NCBI GenBank assembly: GCA_030640495.1
Contig: DAOWJH010000086.1
Span: 1-32,895, forward strand
Direction of reading: 5' to 3'
DNA length: 32,895 nucleotides
Origin: Dehalococcoidia bacterium
Lineage (GTDB): Bacteria; Chloroflexota; Dehalococcoidia; Dehalococcoidales; DAOWJH01
In this document: positions 1 to 7,630 of the stretch, one piece after another
How the letters are laid out: each line of letters begins with the position of its first letter
Numbering within the stretch: position 1 is the stretch's first letter
The notes under the pieces: generated by a model
Database searches by the model: none
Seen by the model: only the letters and a program-made list of their open reading frames with translations
Told to the model about the DNA's origin: nothing
Translations under genes and position numbers: made by a program

Positions 1-384
<384 letters not shown>

Positions 385-406
385 ACTGGTGAACGAGCTG
401 GAATAA

Positions 407-1429
407 ATGAAAAAAATTGGTATTACCACCACAGTTCCGATAGAGATATTACTGGCGGCTGGCTATCAGCCGGTTGACCTGAATAATGTGTTTATTACCG
501 ACCCCAGCCCAGAGCGGCTAATAAATATTGCTGAAAGAGCCGGCTTTCCCCTGAACTGCTGCAGTTGGATTAAAGGAATCTACGGGGTTTGTATGGACTA
601 CGGAATTGACACCATCCTTTGCGTTACCACCGGCGATTGCTCCAATACCATTATGTTAATGGAAGTCCTGAAACTTAAAGGGCTCAGGGTTATACCCTTT
701 GCCTACCCCGACCAGCCAGATATACAGCGAATGCAGTATGCCCTAGAGACACTAGCTGAGACCTTGGGGACCACCTTAGAAGACGCCAACAGGGTTAGGG
801 ATGAACTTAAGTCGAGCCGCCACCTAGCTCTAAAACTTGACCGGCTTACCTGGGGGCAAGGTTTGGTCAGCAGTTGGGAGAACCATCTGTGGCTGGTGTC
901 AACCTCTGATTTTAATCAAGACTACCATAAATACTACCATCAGCTACAAAAATTATTAGCCGAGTGTCACCAGCGTCAGTCCTACCCAACAGACTGGCTT
1001 AGACTGGCATATATTGGCGTGCCTTCTGTCTATGGGCAAGACCTTTACCGTTACCTAGAGAGCAACAGGGCAAGGGTGGTATTCAACGAAATTCAGCGCC
1101 AGTTTGCTATGCCCAAACCAGGAAAGTCCCTGGCAGAACAATATTCTAACTATACCTACCCCTATTCTATATACCAGCGGCTAAAGGACATCACCACCGA
1201 GCTTGAGCGACGCCAAGTTGACGGGGTTATTCACTATGTCCAAGCCTTCTGCCATAGAGGCATTGGTGACATCATTTTCCGAGATGGCCTGAAATTGCCC
1301 ATCCTAACCCTAGAGGGAAATGACGACTTTTTCTTAACCACCCATATAAAAACACGAATTGAGGCTTTTCTTGACATGGTAGAGCGAAGTCGCCAAAATC
1401 TAAAGTATAGTCAGCAGGCTGTGGTCTAG
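407..1429 (+). CDS. 2-hydroxyacyl-CoA dehydratase family protein (HgdB/BcrB-like, HGD-D type); family-level call only
   Basis: 340-aa ORF. The N-terminus MKKIGITTTVPIEILLAAGYQPVDL and spaced Cys motifs (CCSWIKG, TGDCSN, AFCHRG) resemble the D-component family of Fe-S dehydratases/reductases. This rests on recollection of the family and no HMM was run. Confidence 0.55.
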   Translation: MKKIGITTTVPIEILLAAGYQPVDLNNVFITDPSPERLINIAERAGFPLNCCSWIKGIYGVCMDYGIDTILCVTTGDCSNTIMLMEVLKLKGLRVIPFAYPDQPDIQRMQYALETLAETLGTTLEDANRVRDELKSSRHLALKLDRLTWGQGLVSSWENHLWLVSTSDFNQDYHKYYHQLQKLLAECHQRQSYPTDWLRLAYIGVPSVYGQDLYRYLESNRARVVFNEIQRQFAMPKPGKSLAEQYSNYTYPYSIYQRLKDITTELERRQVDGVIHYVQAFCHRGIGDIIFRDGLKLPILTLEGNDDFFLTTHIKTRIEAFLDMVERSRQNLKYSQQAVV

Positions 1430-1473
1430 GGTAAGCAACCATACAGGCTAAAAATTGCTAAGGAGGTATAAAG

Positions 1474-2487
1474 ATGGTAACCAGAATCGGGATTAATGGC
1501 TTTGGGCGTGTTGGCAGATTAACCCTCAAGGCAGTTAACCAATACCACAGTGGCAAACTAGAGGTGGCGGCTATTAATGACCTTACCGATACTAAAACCA
1601 ATGCTCACCTATTAAAATGGGATAGCACCTACGGTGCCTATCCTGGCAAAATAGAGGCAACCGAGGATTCAATTATGGTTGATGGTAAAAAGGTAAAGGT
1701 GCTCTCAGAGCGCAATCCGAGTAACATCCCATGGCAGAATTACGGTGTTGATATAGTAATAGAGGCGACGGGGCTATTTAAAGACGCTACCAAGGCGGCG
1801 GCTCACCTAGAGGGTGGTGCCAAGAAGGTGCTAATTTCAGCGCCGGCGCGTAATGAAGATATAACCATTGTCCTCGGTGTTAATGAAGGCCGGTATATCC
1901 CAGATAAGCATAACATTATATCCAATGCCTCCTGCACTACCAATTGTATTGCTCCGGTGGTTAAGGTATTGCACCAAAGCTTTGGAGTAAGCAAGGGGTT
2001 AATGACCACCATTCACGCCTATACCAATGACCAGAGGCTAATGGATATGTTCCACAGTGACCTGCGCCGAGCCCGAGCCGCAGCCTTAAATATTATCCCC
2101 ACCACCACTGGCGCTGCCAGAGCAGTAACCCAGGTTATTCCTGAGCTCAAAGGCAGACTTGATGGGTTAGCCTTCAGGGTTCCAGTACCCACCGTCTCCG
2201 TGGTTGATTTTGTCGCCGTCTTAGATAATGAGGTTACCGTTGACCAAGTCAACCAGGCTTTCCAAACTGCCGCTGAGGGGGCTTTAGCCGGAATCCTAGA
2301 GTATTGTCAGGAGGAGCTGGTCAGTATGGATTTTAAGGGCAATCCTGCCAGTTCTATTGTTGATGCACCGAGCACTATGGTGGTGGCTAATAATATGGTC
2401 AAGGTGCTTGCCTGGTATGATAATGAATGGGGCTATAGCTGTCGTTTGGCTGACCTAGCTGCTTATGTTACCGATAAAGGAGTATAG
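1474..2487 (+). CDS. gap: Type I glyceraldehyde-3-phosphate dehydrogenase
   Basis: INGFGRVGRL NAD-binding N-terminus, catalytic SNASCTTNCIAP motif and WYDNEWGYS C-terminal motif. AAGGAGG Shine-Dalgarno site at 1461-1467. Confidence 0.96.
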   Translation: MVTRIGINGFGRVGRLTLKAVNQYHSGKLEVAAINDLTDTKTNAHLLKWDSTYGAYPGKIEATEDSIMVDGKKVKVLSERNPSNIPWQNYGVDIVIEATGLFKDATKAAAHLEGGAKKVLISAPARNEDITIVLGVNEGRYIPDKHNIISNASCTTNCIAPVVKVLHQSFGVSKGLMTTIHAYTNDQRLMDMFHSDLRRARAAALNIIPTTTGAARAVTQVIPELKGRLDGLAFRVPVPTVSVVDFVAVLDNEVTVDQVNQAFQTAAEGALAGILEYCQEELVSMDFKGNPASSIVDAPSTMVVANNMVKVLAWYDNEWGYSCRLADLAAYVTDKGV

Positions 2488-2526
2488 CTGGAAGAGGCAC
2501 TTGCTTCCCTTTTGAGGGGGAACAAA

Positions 2527-2555
2527 TTGACTTTATCACATGAGTATGCTTAAAA
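2527..2555 (+). promoter_or_regulatory. Candidate sigma70-type promoter for the tubulin-like gene pair
   Basis: TTGACT (2527-2532), exactly 17 nt spacer, TAAAAT (2550-2555). It lies ~30 nt upstream of the ATG at 2586 and downstream of the gap stop codon. Confidence 0.45.
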
Positions 2556-2585
2556 TAGCAAAAGTATTTAATAGTGAGGTGGGAA

Positions 2586-3761
2586 ATGAAGTTAGTGGTT
2601 ATAGGCTTTGGGCAATGCGGATGCAGGATTGCCGATGAGTTTGCTCGACTAAATAAGAAAGCACATGGTCAACGTGGGATTGATATAATTATTGGCGCTT
2701 TTGCGATTAACACCGATGCGGCTGATTTAAGTGGGCTATCCAGTATAAGGTCTGATTACCGGCACAGGATTCTCATTGGGGGTCGGAAGACCGGGGGGCA
2801 TGGGGTAGGTAAAATAAATGAACTTGGCGCCGAGATAGCTAAGGAAGATGGCGATAAGGTTATTGATGCCATAAGAGGGACCAGGCGACTCTATGAGTCA
2901 GATGCCTTCTTACTAATAGCCTCTGCTGCTGGTGGCACTGGCTCTGGGGCAATACCAATAATGACGCAATATATAAAAGAGCGCCATATGGATAAACCAG
3001 TATACGACCTTATTGTCTTGCCTTTTGAGCACGAAGAGACAACGGAAGAAAGAGCTATCTATAACACAGCCACATGCATTAAATCTGTCAATTCAATAGC
3101 TGATGCCGTAATTCTGGTGGACAACCAAAGGTATATTAGAAAGAACTCCTCGCTTAGAAGCAACATGGCTAAGATTAACGCCTTGATAGTTGAACCATTC
3201 TATAATCTACTCTGTGCTGGTGAGGAGAAAAAAGCTAAATACATTGGGTCAAAAACCCTTGATGCCGGGGACATAATACAGACTTTAACCGGATGGACAG
3301 CAATAGGCTACGGCAAATCACCGGTACCAATGTTTAATTTGCCCTTTGTCCGAAAGTCTGACTTCAGGAGCAAGAGCACCGAAACCCACAAGGGAACTCA
3401 GACGATGGACGAAGCTATGAGCGAGCTATCAATTGGCTGTAACCCAATTGATGCAAGTCGGGCACTATATCTCCTGTCAGCACCATCCAAGGAAATGAGT
3501 ATGAGCTTGGTTAAGGAACTTGGAGACTATCTAAGAAGTATAGCGCAAAAGGCTATCATAAGGAATGGTGATTATCCCAGGGAAAAAGCCATTGTGGAGG
3601 TTGCTTTAATCCTGTCCGGGCTTAGCGATGTGGAAAAAATCAGGGAATACTATGATAAATCAACGAGCCTCATCCCTGAGTTTGAGAGGAGACGAGAGGA
3701 AATAGAAGGCAGACTTAAGAGTATGGAAGAGGTAGGAAAAGACTTACCGACACTACTGTAG
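2586..3761 (+). CDS. CetZ-type tubulin/FtsZ-superfamily GTPase, paralog A (391 aa)
   Basis: T1 loop GFGQCG; NTDAADL; GHGVG; tubulin-signature T4 GGTGSG (nt 2931-2948); T7 loop LDAGDIIQTL (from nt 3258). The C-terminal domain has RNGDYP...LILSGLSDVEKIREY, which parallels archaeal CetZ (RGGDYP...ILLSGVSNVPRIKEL). I prefer the ATG at 2586 (GAGGTGGG Shine-Dalgarno site just upstream; N-terminus parallels paralog B) over the GTG at 2574 in the ORF track. Confidence 0.8.
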   Translation: MKLVVIGFGQCGCRIADEFARLNKKAHGQRGIDIIIGAFAINTDAADLSGLSSIRSDYRHRILIGGRKTGGHGVGKINELGAEIAKEDGDKVIDAIRGTRRLYESDAFLLIASAAGGTGSGAIPIMTQYIKERHMDKPVYDLIVLPFEHEETTEERAIYNTATCIKSVNSIADAVILVDNQRYIRKNSSLRSNMAKINALIVEPFYNLLCAGEEKKAKYIGSKTLDAGDIIQTLTGWTAIGYGKSPVPMFNLPFVRKSDFRSKSTETHKGTQTMDEAMSELSIGCNPIDASRALYLLSAPSKEMSMSLVKELGDYLRSIAQKAIIRNGDYPREKAIVEVALILSGLSDVEKIREYYDKSTSLIPEFERRREEIEGRLKSMEEVGKDLPTLL

Positions 3762-3830
3762 ACAAAGTAGCAATACTGTGTAAGTACGATTAAACTAAAA
3801 TAATATACTTCTCTAGTATCAAGGTGGAAG

Positions 3831-5003
3831 GTGAAATTACTAGTTATAGGTTGTGGGCAGTGTGGCGGCAGGATTGCCGATGAGTTTGCTCTGCTAAATA
3901 GAAGGGCACATGGTCAGCGTGGAATTGATATAATCACTAATACCCTGGCTGTCAATACCGATGTTGCTGATTTAAGCGGGCTATCCTTTATAAGACCTGA
4001 TTACCAGCACAGAATCCTCATCGGAGGTAGGAAGACTGGTGGTCATGGTGTAGGTAAAATAAATGAACTGGGTTCTGAGATAGCCAAGGAAGATGGCGAC
4101 AAGATTATAGAATGTATTAGAACAACACGGCATCTCCATGAGACAGATGCCTTCCTGCTTATCGCCAGTGCTGCTGGTGGTACCGGCTCAGGGGCAATAC
4201 CAATACTAACGCAATACATAAAAGAGCACTACGGGGAAAAACCATTATATAATCTTATTGTCCTTCCTTTTAAGCATGAAGAGAAAATAGAGGAAAGGAC
4301 TATTTATAATACAGCGACATGTCTCAAATCGGCTTACTTAGTGGCTGACGCCATATTTCTGGTTGATAATCAAAGGTATGTTAGAAAGGATTTCTCGATT
4401 CAGAGCAACCTAGCCAAAATTAACGCCCTAGTAGTTGAGCCGTTCTACAACCTACTTTGCGCTGGTGAGGAGAAAAAGCCTAAATACATTGGGTCAAGGA
4501 TTCTTGATGCCGGAGACATAATACAGACTCTGTCGGGATGGTCAGTAATAGGCTATGGTAAATCGCAAATACCGCTGTTCAAGTTTCCTTTTGGGGCGTC
4601 TAATTTCAGGGAGAAAGCCAGTGAAAGCCAAAAGGGAGTTCAAGTAATGAACGAGGCCATAAACGAATTATCGCTCAAGTGCAATCCCTCAGATACGAAG
4701 CGAGCCCTTTATCTTCTTTCGGCGCCAGCCGAGGAAATGAATATGAGCCTGATTAATGAAATCGGGAATTGCCTAAAACGTATAGCCACAGAGGCTATCA
4801 TAAGGAGCGGCGATTATCCCAGGGAAAAACGCTCGATAGATATCACTGTAATTCTGTCCGAGCTGATTAATGTGGGGAAGGTTATGGAATACTTTACCCA
4901 AGCCATCCTCTATATCTCTTCTTACAAGAAGAGATGGGAGGGGTTAGAGCACGAACATGAAGGAATTGAAGAGGCCTTTAGGGATATACCTTCCCTGCTG
5001 TAA
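3831..5003 (+). CDS. CetZ-type tubulin/FtsZ-superfamily GTPase, paralog B (390 aa)
   Basis: GTG start preceded by AAGGTGGA. Carries the same motifs as paralog A (GCGQCGG, NTDVADL, GGTGSG, LDAGDIIQTL, RSGDYP). By eye it is ~75-85% identical to A over the GTPase domain and lower toward the C-terminus. It lies 69 nt downstream of A on the same strand. Confidence 0.8.
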   Translation: MKLLVIGCGQCGGRIADEFALLNRRAHGQRGIDIITNTLAVNTDVADLSGLSFIRPDYQHRILIGGRKTGGHGVGKINELGSEIAKEDGDKIIECIRTTRHLHETDAFLLIASAAGGTGSGAIPILTQYIKEHYGEKPLYNLIVLPFKHEEKIEERTIYNTATCLKSAYLVADAIFLVDNQRYVRKDFSIQSNLAKINALVVEPFYNLLCAGEEKKPKYIGSRILDAGDIIQTLSGWSVIGYGKSQIPLFKFPFGASNFREKASESQKGVQVMNEAINELSLKCNPSDTKRALYLLSAPAEEMNMSLINEIGNCLKRIATEAIIRSGDYPREKRSIDITVILSELINVGKVMEYFTQAILYISSYKKRWEGLEHEHEGIEEAFRDIPSLL

Positions 5004-5055
5004 TTACTCAATCCAAGCCTATCAGGTAACAAGGTATCAGCCGATTTGAAGCCGG

Positions 5056-5577
5056 CTATCTCTTCTCCTTGGAGAAGATTTTCCAAGCTCGCTCTATAGC
5101 CTCGGTGCGAGTTGCCCAAGCTTGGTCTATAGTCTCCTGACGAACTATTAAGGCTTGCCTCACATTCTCATCAACAGTCCTCTTGATTTGCTCTTTAGTT
5201 CGTCTAGATGTTTCTTCGGCTTGTTCTCTCGCTTTCTGATATGCCTTCTCGGCTTGCTGCTCAGCCCCCTCACGAGCCCTTAAGGCTTGTGCTATGGTCT
5301 GCTCACAGGTGCTATTGGCTTGCTGTTCAGCCTCCTTATAGGCTTCCTCCATTTGTTGTTCATTGGCCTTATATGCCTTCGCCACTTCCCTCTCAGCATC
5401 CACATAAGCGGCATAGGCTGATTCAACTCGCCCCAGAACCTCAGCAAGAGGTTCCCTAGCCTGTTCCTGAACCTCAGCAGCAGCTTCTTCCGCCTGTTCT
5501 TGAGCCTCAGTAACGGGTTCTGCCGCCTGCTCTTCAGCTTTTCTATCGGCCTTTTTCTCCAACTCCCTCGGATTCAT
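5056..5577 (-). CDS. Glu/Ala/Gln-rich predicted coiled-coil protein (173 aa), function unknown
   Basis: Uninterrupted ORF with a Shine-Dalgarno-like AGGGGG and its own candidate promoter. Low-complexity helical sequence with recurring AY-x-x-A/EQQ motifs. No transmembrane segment or signal peptide. Coding status is supported mainly by length and start context. Confidence 0.6.
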   Translation of the reverse strand: MNPRELEKKADRKAEEQAAEPVTEAQEQAEEAAAEVQEQAREPLAEVLGRVESAYAAYVDAEREVAKAYKANEQQMEEAYKEAEQQANSTCEQTIAQALRAREGAEQQAEKAYQKAREQAEETSRRTKEQIKRTVDENVRQALIVRQETIDQAWATRTEAIERAWKIFSKEKR

Positions 5578-5621
5578 TGTAAGCTACCCCCTTTAACCCG
5601 AAATCTACCAAATATGACACA

Positions 5622-5650
5622 AGTATATTGTTTGCCCAGTTAAAAGTCAA
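5622..5650 (-). promoter_or_regulatory. Candidate promoter for the 173-aa coiled-coil gene
   Basis: On the minus strand: TTGACT (5650-5645), 17 nt spacer, TATACT (5627-5622). About 40 nt upstream of the start at 5577. Confidence 0.4.
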
Positions 5651-5686
5651 GATATTGGCGGTCAATTACCTCCCGCCGATAATCAG

Positions 5687-7468
5687 TTATGATTCCTCTT
5701 CTTCATCCTCTTTCGCAGCTTGCTTGGCTTTATTAGCCTCATACATTCTGGCTAAGAACTCCAAGCGACTCTCAATCTTTCCCTTGTGAACCCCTTCCTC
5801 CTTTCTTTTTTCTTTGGCACTAGTTTTCCCAGCCTTACTTATTATTGCTTCCCGGGGTGTTTCTACTGGTGCCTTGGCAATCTCCTTGACCATCTCTCTG
5901 GTTACTTTGTCCGCCGCTTCAGCGCCGCCTATTGCTTCCTCAAATGCTTTTATTGATACCTTGGCAGCCTCTTTGGCAGCTCTCATTGATTGCTCAGCAG
6001 CCTCCCTGGCGGCTCTGGCTGATGCTTCAGCAGCTTCCCTAGCTGATTTACTTGCTTCTTCAGCCCTGGTTATTGCCTCCTGTGATGCCCTTGCCGATGC
6101 CCCAGTAGCCTTTTTGACAGCCCTTATTGATTGCTCAACAGCCTCTTTGGCTGATTCACTTGCCTCCTCAGCCCTGGTTATCGCCTCCTGTGATGCCTTT
6201 GTCGATGCCTCAGCAGCCTCCCTGGCTGATTTACTTACCTCCTCAGCCTTGATTATCGCCTCCTGCGATGCCCTTGCCGATGCCTCAGTAGCCTCCTTAG
6301 CCGATTTACCTGCCTCCTCAGCCCTGGTTATCGCTTCCCGTGATGCCCTTGCTGATGCTTCGGCAGTCTCCCTAGCTGATTTACTTATTTCTTCAGCCCT
6401 GGTTATCGCTTCCTGAGATGCCCTTGCCGATGCCTCGGCAGTCTCCTCGGCTGATTTGCTTATTTCCTCAGCCGTGGTTATTGCTTCCTGTGATGCCCTC
6501 TTTGATTCCTCAATAGTCTCTATAGACAGTTTGCTTATTTCCTCGGCTCTATCTATAGCTTCCTGTGACACTCTCTTTGATTCCTCAGTAGCCCCCCTGG
6601 TAGACTGGATTGTTTCCTCAGCCCGGCCTACTACCTCCTGAGATACCCTTACCGCCTCTTCAGCCGCATCCTTGGCCGATTGAATTGTTTCCTCAGCCTT
6701 GCTTATCGCTTTCTCAAAGGTCTTTGCTGAGGTGCTAGCAGCCTCCTCAGCCGACTTGGTTACTTTATCAGCCTTGCGCACTGCTTCCCGTGATGCTTTC
6801 TTTGATTCCTCAGCAACCTTCTTGGTCGCCTTGCTTACTTCCTCGGCCTCGCTTACTGCTTCCTTGGATACTCTTACTGATTCTTCAGCCGCTCCCTTAG
6901 CCAACTGGCCTACTTCTTCAGCCCGGCTTACCGCCTCCTGGGATACACTCACCGCTTCCTCAGCTGCCGCCTTAGCCAACCGACCTGTTTGCTTAGCCCT
7001 ACTTAACGCCTCCAAGGATATTCTTACCAATTCTTCAGCCGCCGCCTTAGTTGATTGGATTGTTTCCTCAGCTCCGCGTATTGCTTCCACGAATGCTTTC
7101 TTTGATGCCTCAGAGGTCTCCTTAGCTACCCTGTGTGTTTCCTCAGCTTTGCTTAGCGTCTGCTTAAAAGCATCCCTTGACTCCCTAGTAGCTTCCTCGG
7201 TTGCTTTGATTATTTCCTCAGCCCTATGCACCGCTTCCCGCGATGCTCTTTTGGCAGCATTAGCCGCCAGCTTAGCTGCCTTACTTATCTCCTCAGCCTT
7301 GGTTATGGCTTCCTGGGATACTACTATTGAGCCTTCAGCCGCCTGCCTAGCCAACTGGCTAAGTTTCTCAGCCCTAGCCACTGCTTTTTCAAAGGCTCCG
7401 GTATCACCTTCTGTATCCCCTAAGACTTCAAGGGGGACATTACCCAGTTTCTTGGCTTTACTATCCAT
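5687..7468 (-). CDS. Repetitive Ala/Glu/Ser-rich coiled-coil protein (593 aa) built from 25-residue repeats, function unknown
   Basis: Long ORF with no transmembrane segment or signal peptide. The consensus unit SQEAIxRAEExxKxAxExAExSxRA recurs at residues 51, 76, 101 ... 426, exactly 25 aa apart. Acidic C-terminal tail EDEEEES. Confidence 0.7.
   Translation of the reverse strand: MDSKAKKLGNVPLEVLGDTEGDTGAFEKAVARAEKLSQLARQAAEGSIVVSQEAITKAEEISKAAKLAANAAKRASREAVHRAEEIIKATEEATRESRDAFKQTLSKAEETHRVAKETSEASKKAFVEAIRGAEETIQSTKAAAEELVRISLEALSRAKQTGRLAKAAAEEAVSVSQEAVSRAEEVGQLAKGAAEESVRVSKEAVSEAEEVSKATKKVAEESKKASREAVRKADKVTKSAEEAASTSAKTFEKAISKAEETIQSAKDAAEEAVRVSQEVVGRAEETIQSTRGATEESKRVSQEAIDRAEEISKLSIETIEESKRASQEAITTAEEISKSAEETAEASARASQEAITRAEEISKSARETAEASARASREAITRAEEAGKSAKEATEASARASQEAIIKAEEVSKSAREAAEASTKASQEAITRAEEASESAKEAVEQSIRAVKKATGASARASQEAITRAEEASKSAREAAEASARAAREAAEQSMRAAKEAAKVSIKAFEEAIGGAEAADKVTREMVKEIAKAPVETPREAIISKAGKTSAKEKRKEEGVHKGKIESRLEFLARMYEANKAKQAAKEDEEEES
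5936..7318 (-). repeat. In-frame 75-nt (25-codon) tandem repeat array inside the 593-aa gene
   Basis: 16 consecutive units with exact 25-codon spacing, then an 11-codon insertion and ~2 more units. The most similar units span about 6011-6493 (SQEAITRAEE(I/A)SKSARE(T/A)AEASARA). Confidence 0.85.
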
Positions 7469-7487
7469 CTTTCTAAACCTTCCCTCT

Positions 7488-7516
7488 ATTGTATGCTGAG
7501 GCGCTCAATTTTTCAA
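7488..7516 (-). promoter_or_regulatory. Candidate promoter for the 593-aa repeat-protein gene
   Basis: On the minus strand: TTGAAA (7516-7511), 17 nt spacer, TACAAT (7493-7488). It is very close to the start codon at 7468, which implies a short 5' UTR, so confidence is low. Confidence 0.3.
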
Positions 7517-7630
7517 CATTTGGCTTCTTTTATTTAATAACCGTCCTTCCCCCACCTAAAAACTCAAATTTATCCCAGCGGAACCACCTTTAGAAACTGG
7601 ATAATATAGAGTATAATAGAGACGAAAGAA

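Noticed and set aside
2574-2585. GTG start at 2574 for tubulin-like paralog A (adds MRWE)
   Set aside because: The ATG at 2586 is preceded by GAGGTGGG and gives an N-terminus (MKLVVIGFGQCG) colinear with paralog B (MKLLVIGCGQCG).
6011-6493. A regular 75-nt periodicity that could be mistaken for a CRISPR array
   Set aside because: The period is an exact multiple of 3 inside one continuous ORF. There are no unique spacers alternating with fixed repeats. No cas genes or leader are present.
5814-7499. Long + strand ORFs (5814-6416, 6456-6641, 6699-7499) antisense to the 593-aa repeat gene, and 5208-5459 antisense to the 173-aa gene
   Set aside because: They are Ala/Ser/Leu-rich mirror products of the GCx/GAx-rich repeat on the other strand. 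They lack Shine-Dalgarno or promoter context. The minus-strand frame has the regular 25-residue repeat and a sensible start.
7589-7617. dnaX promoter (TATAAT at 7612-7617 with TTAGAA or TTTAGA upstream)
   Set aside because: The -10 box is perfect, but it lies only 13 nt from the ATG and the -35 box is weak. This is too uncertain to list as a feature.
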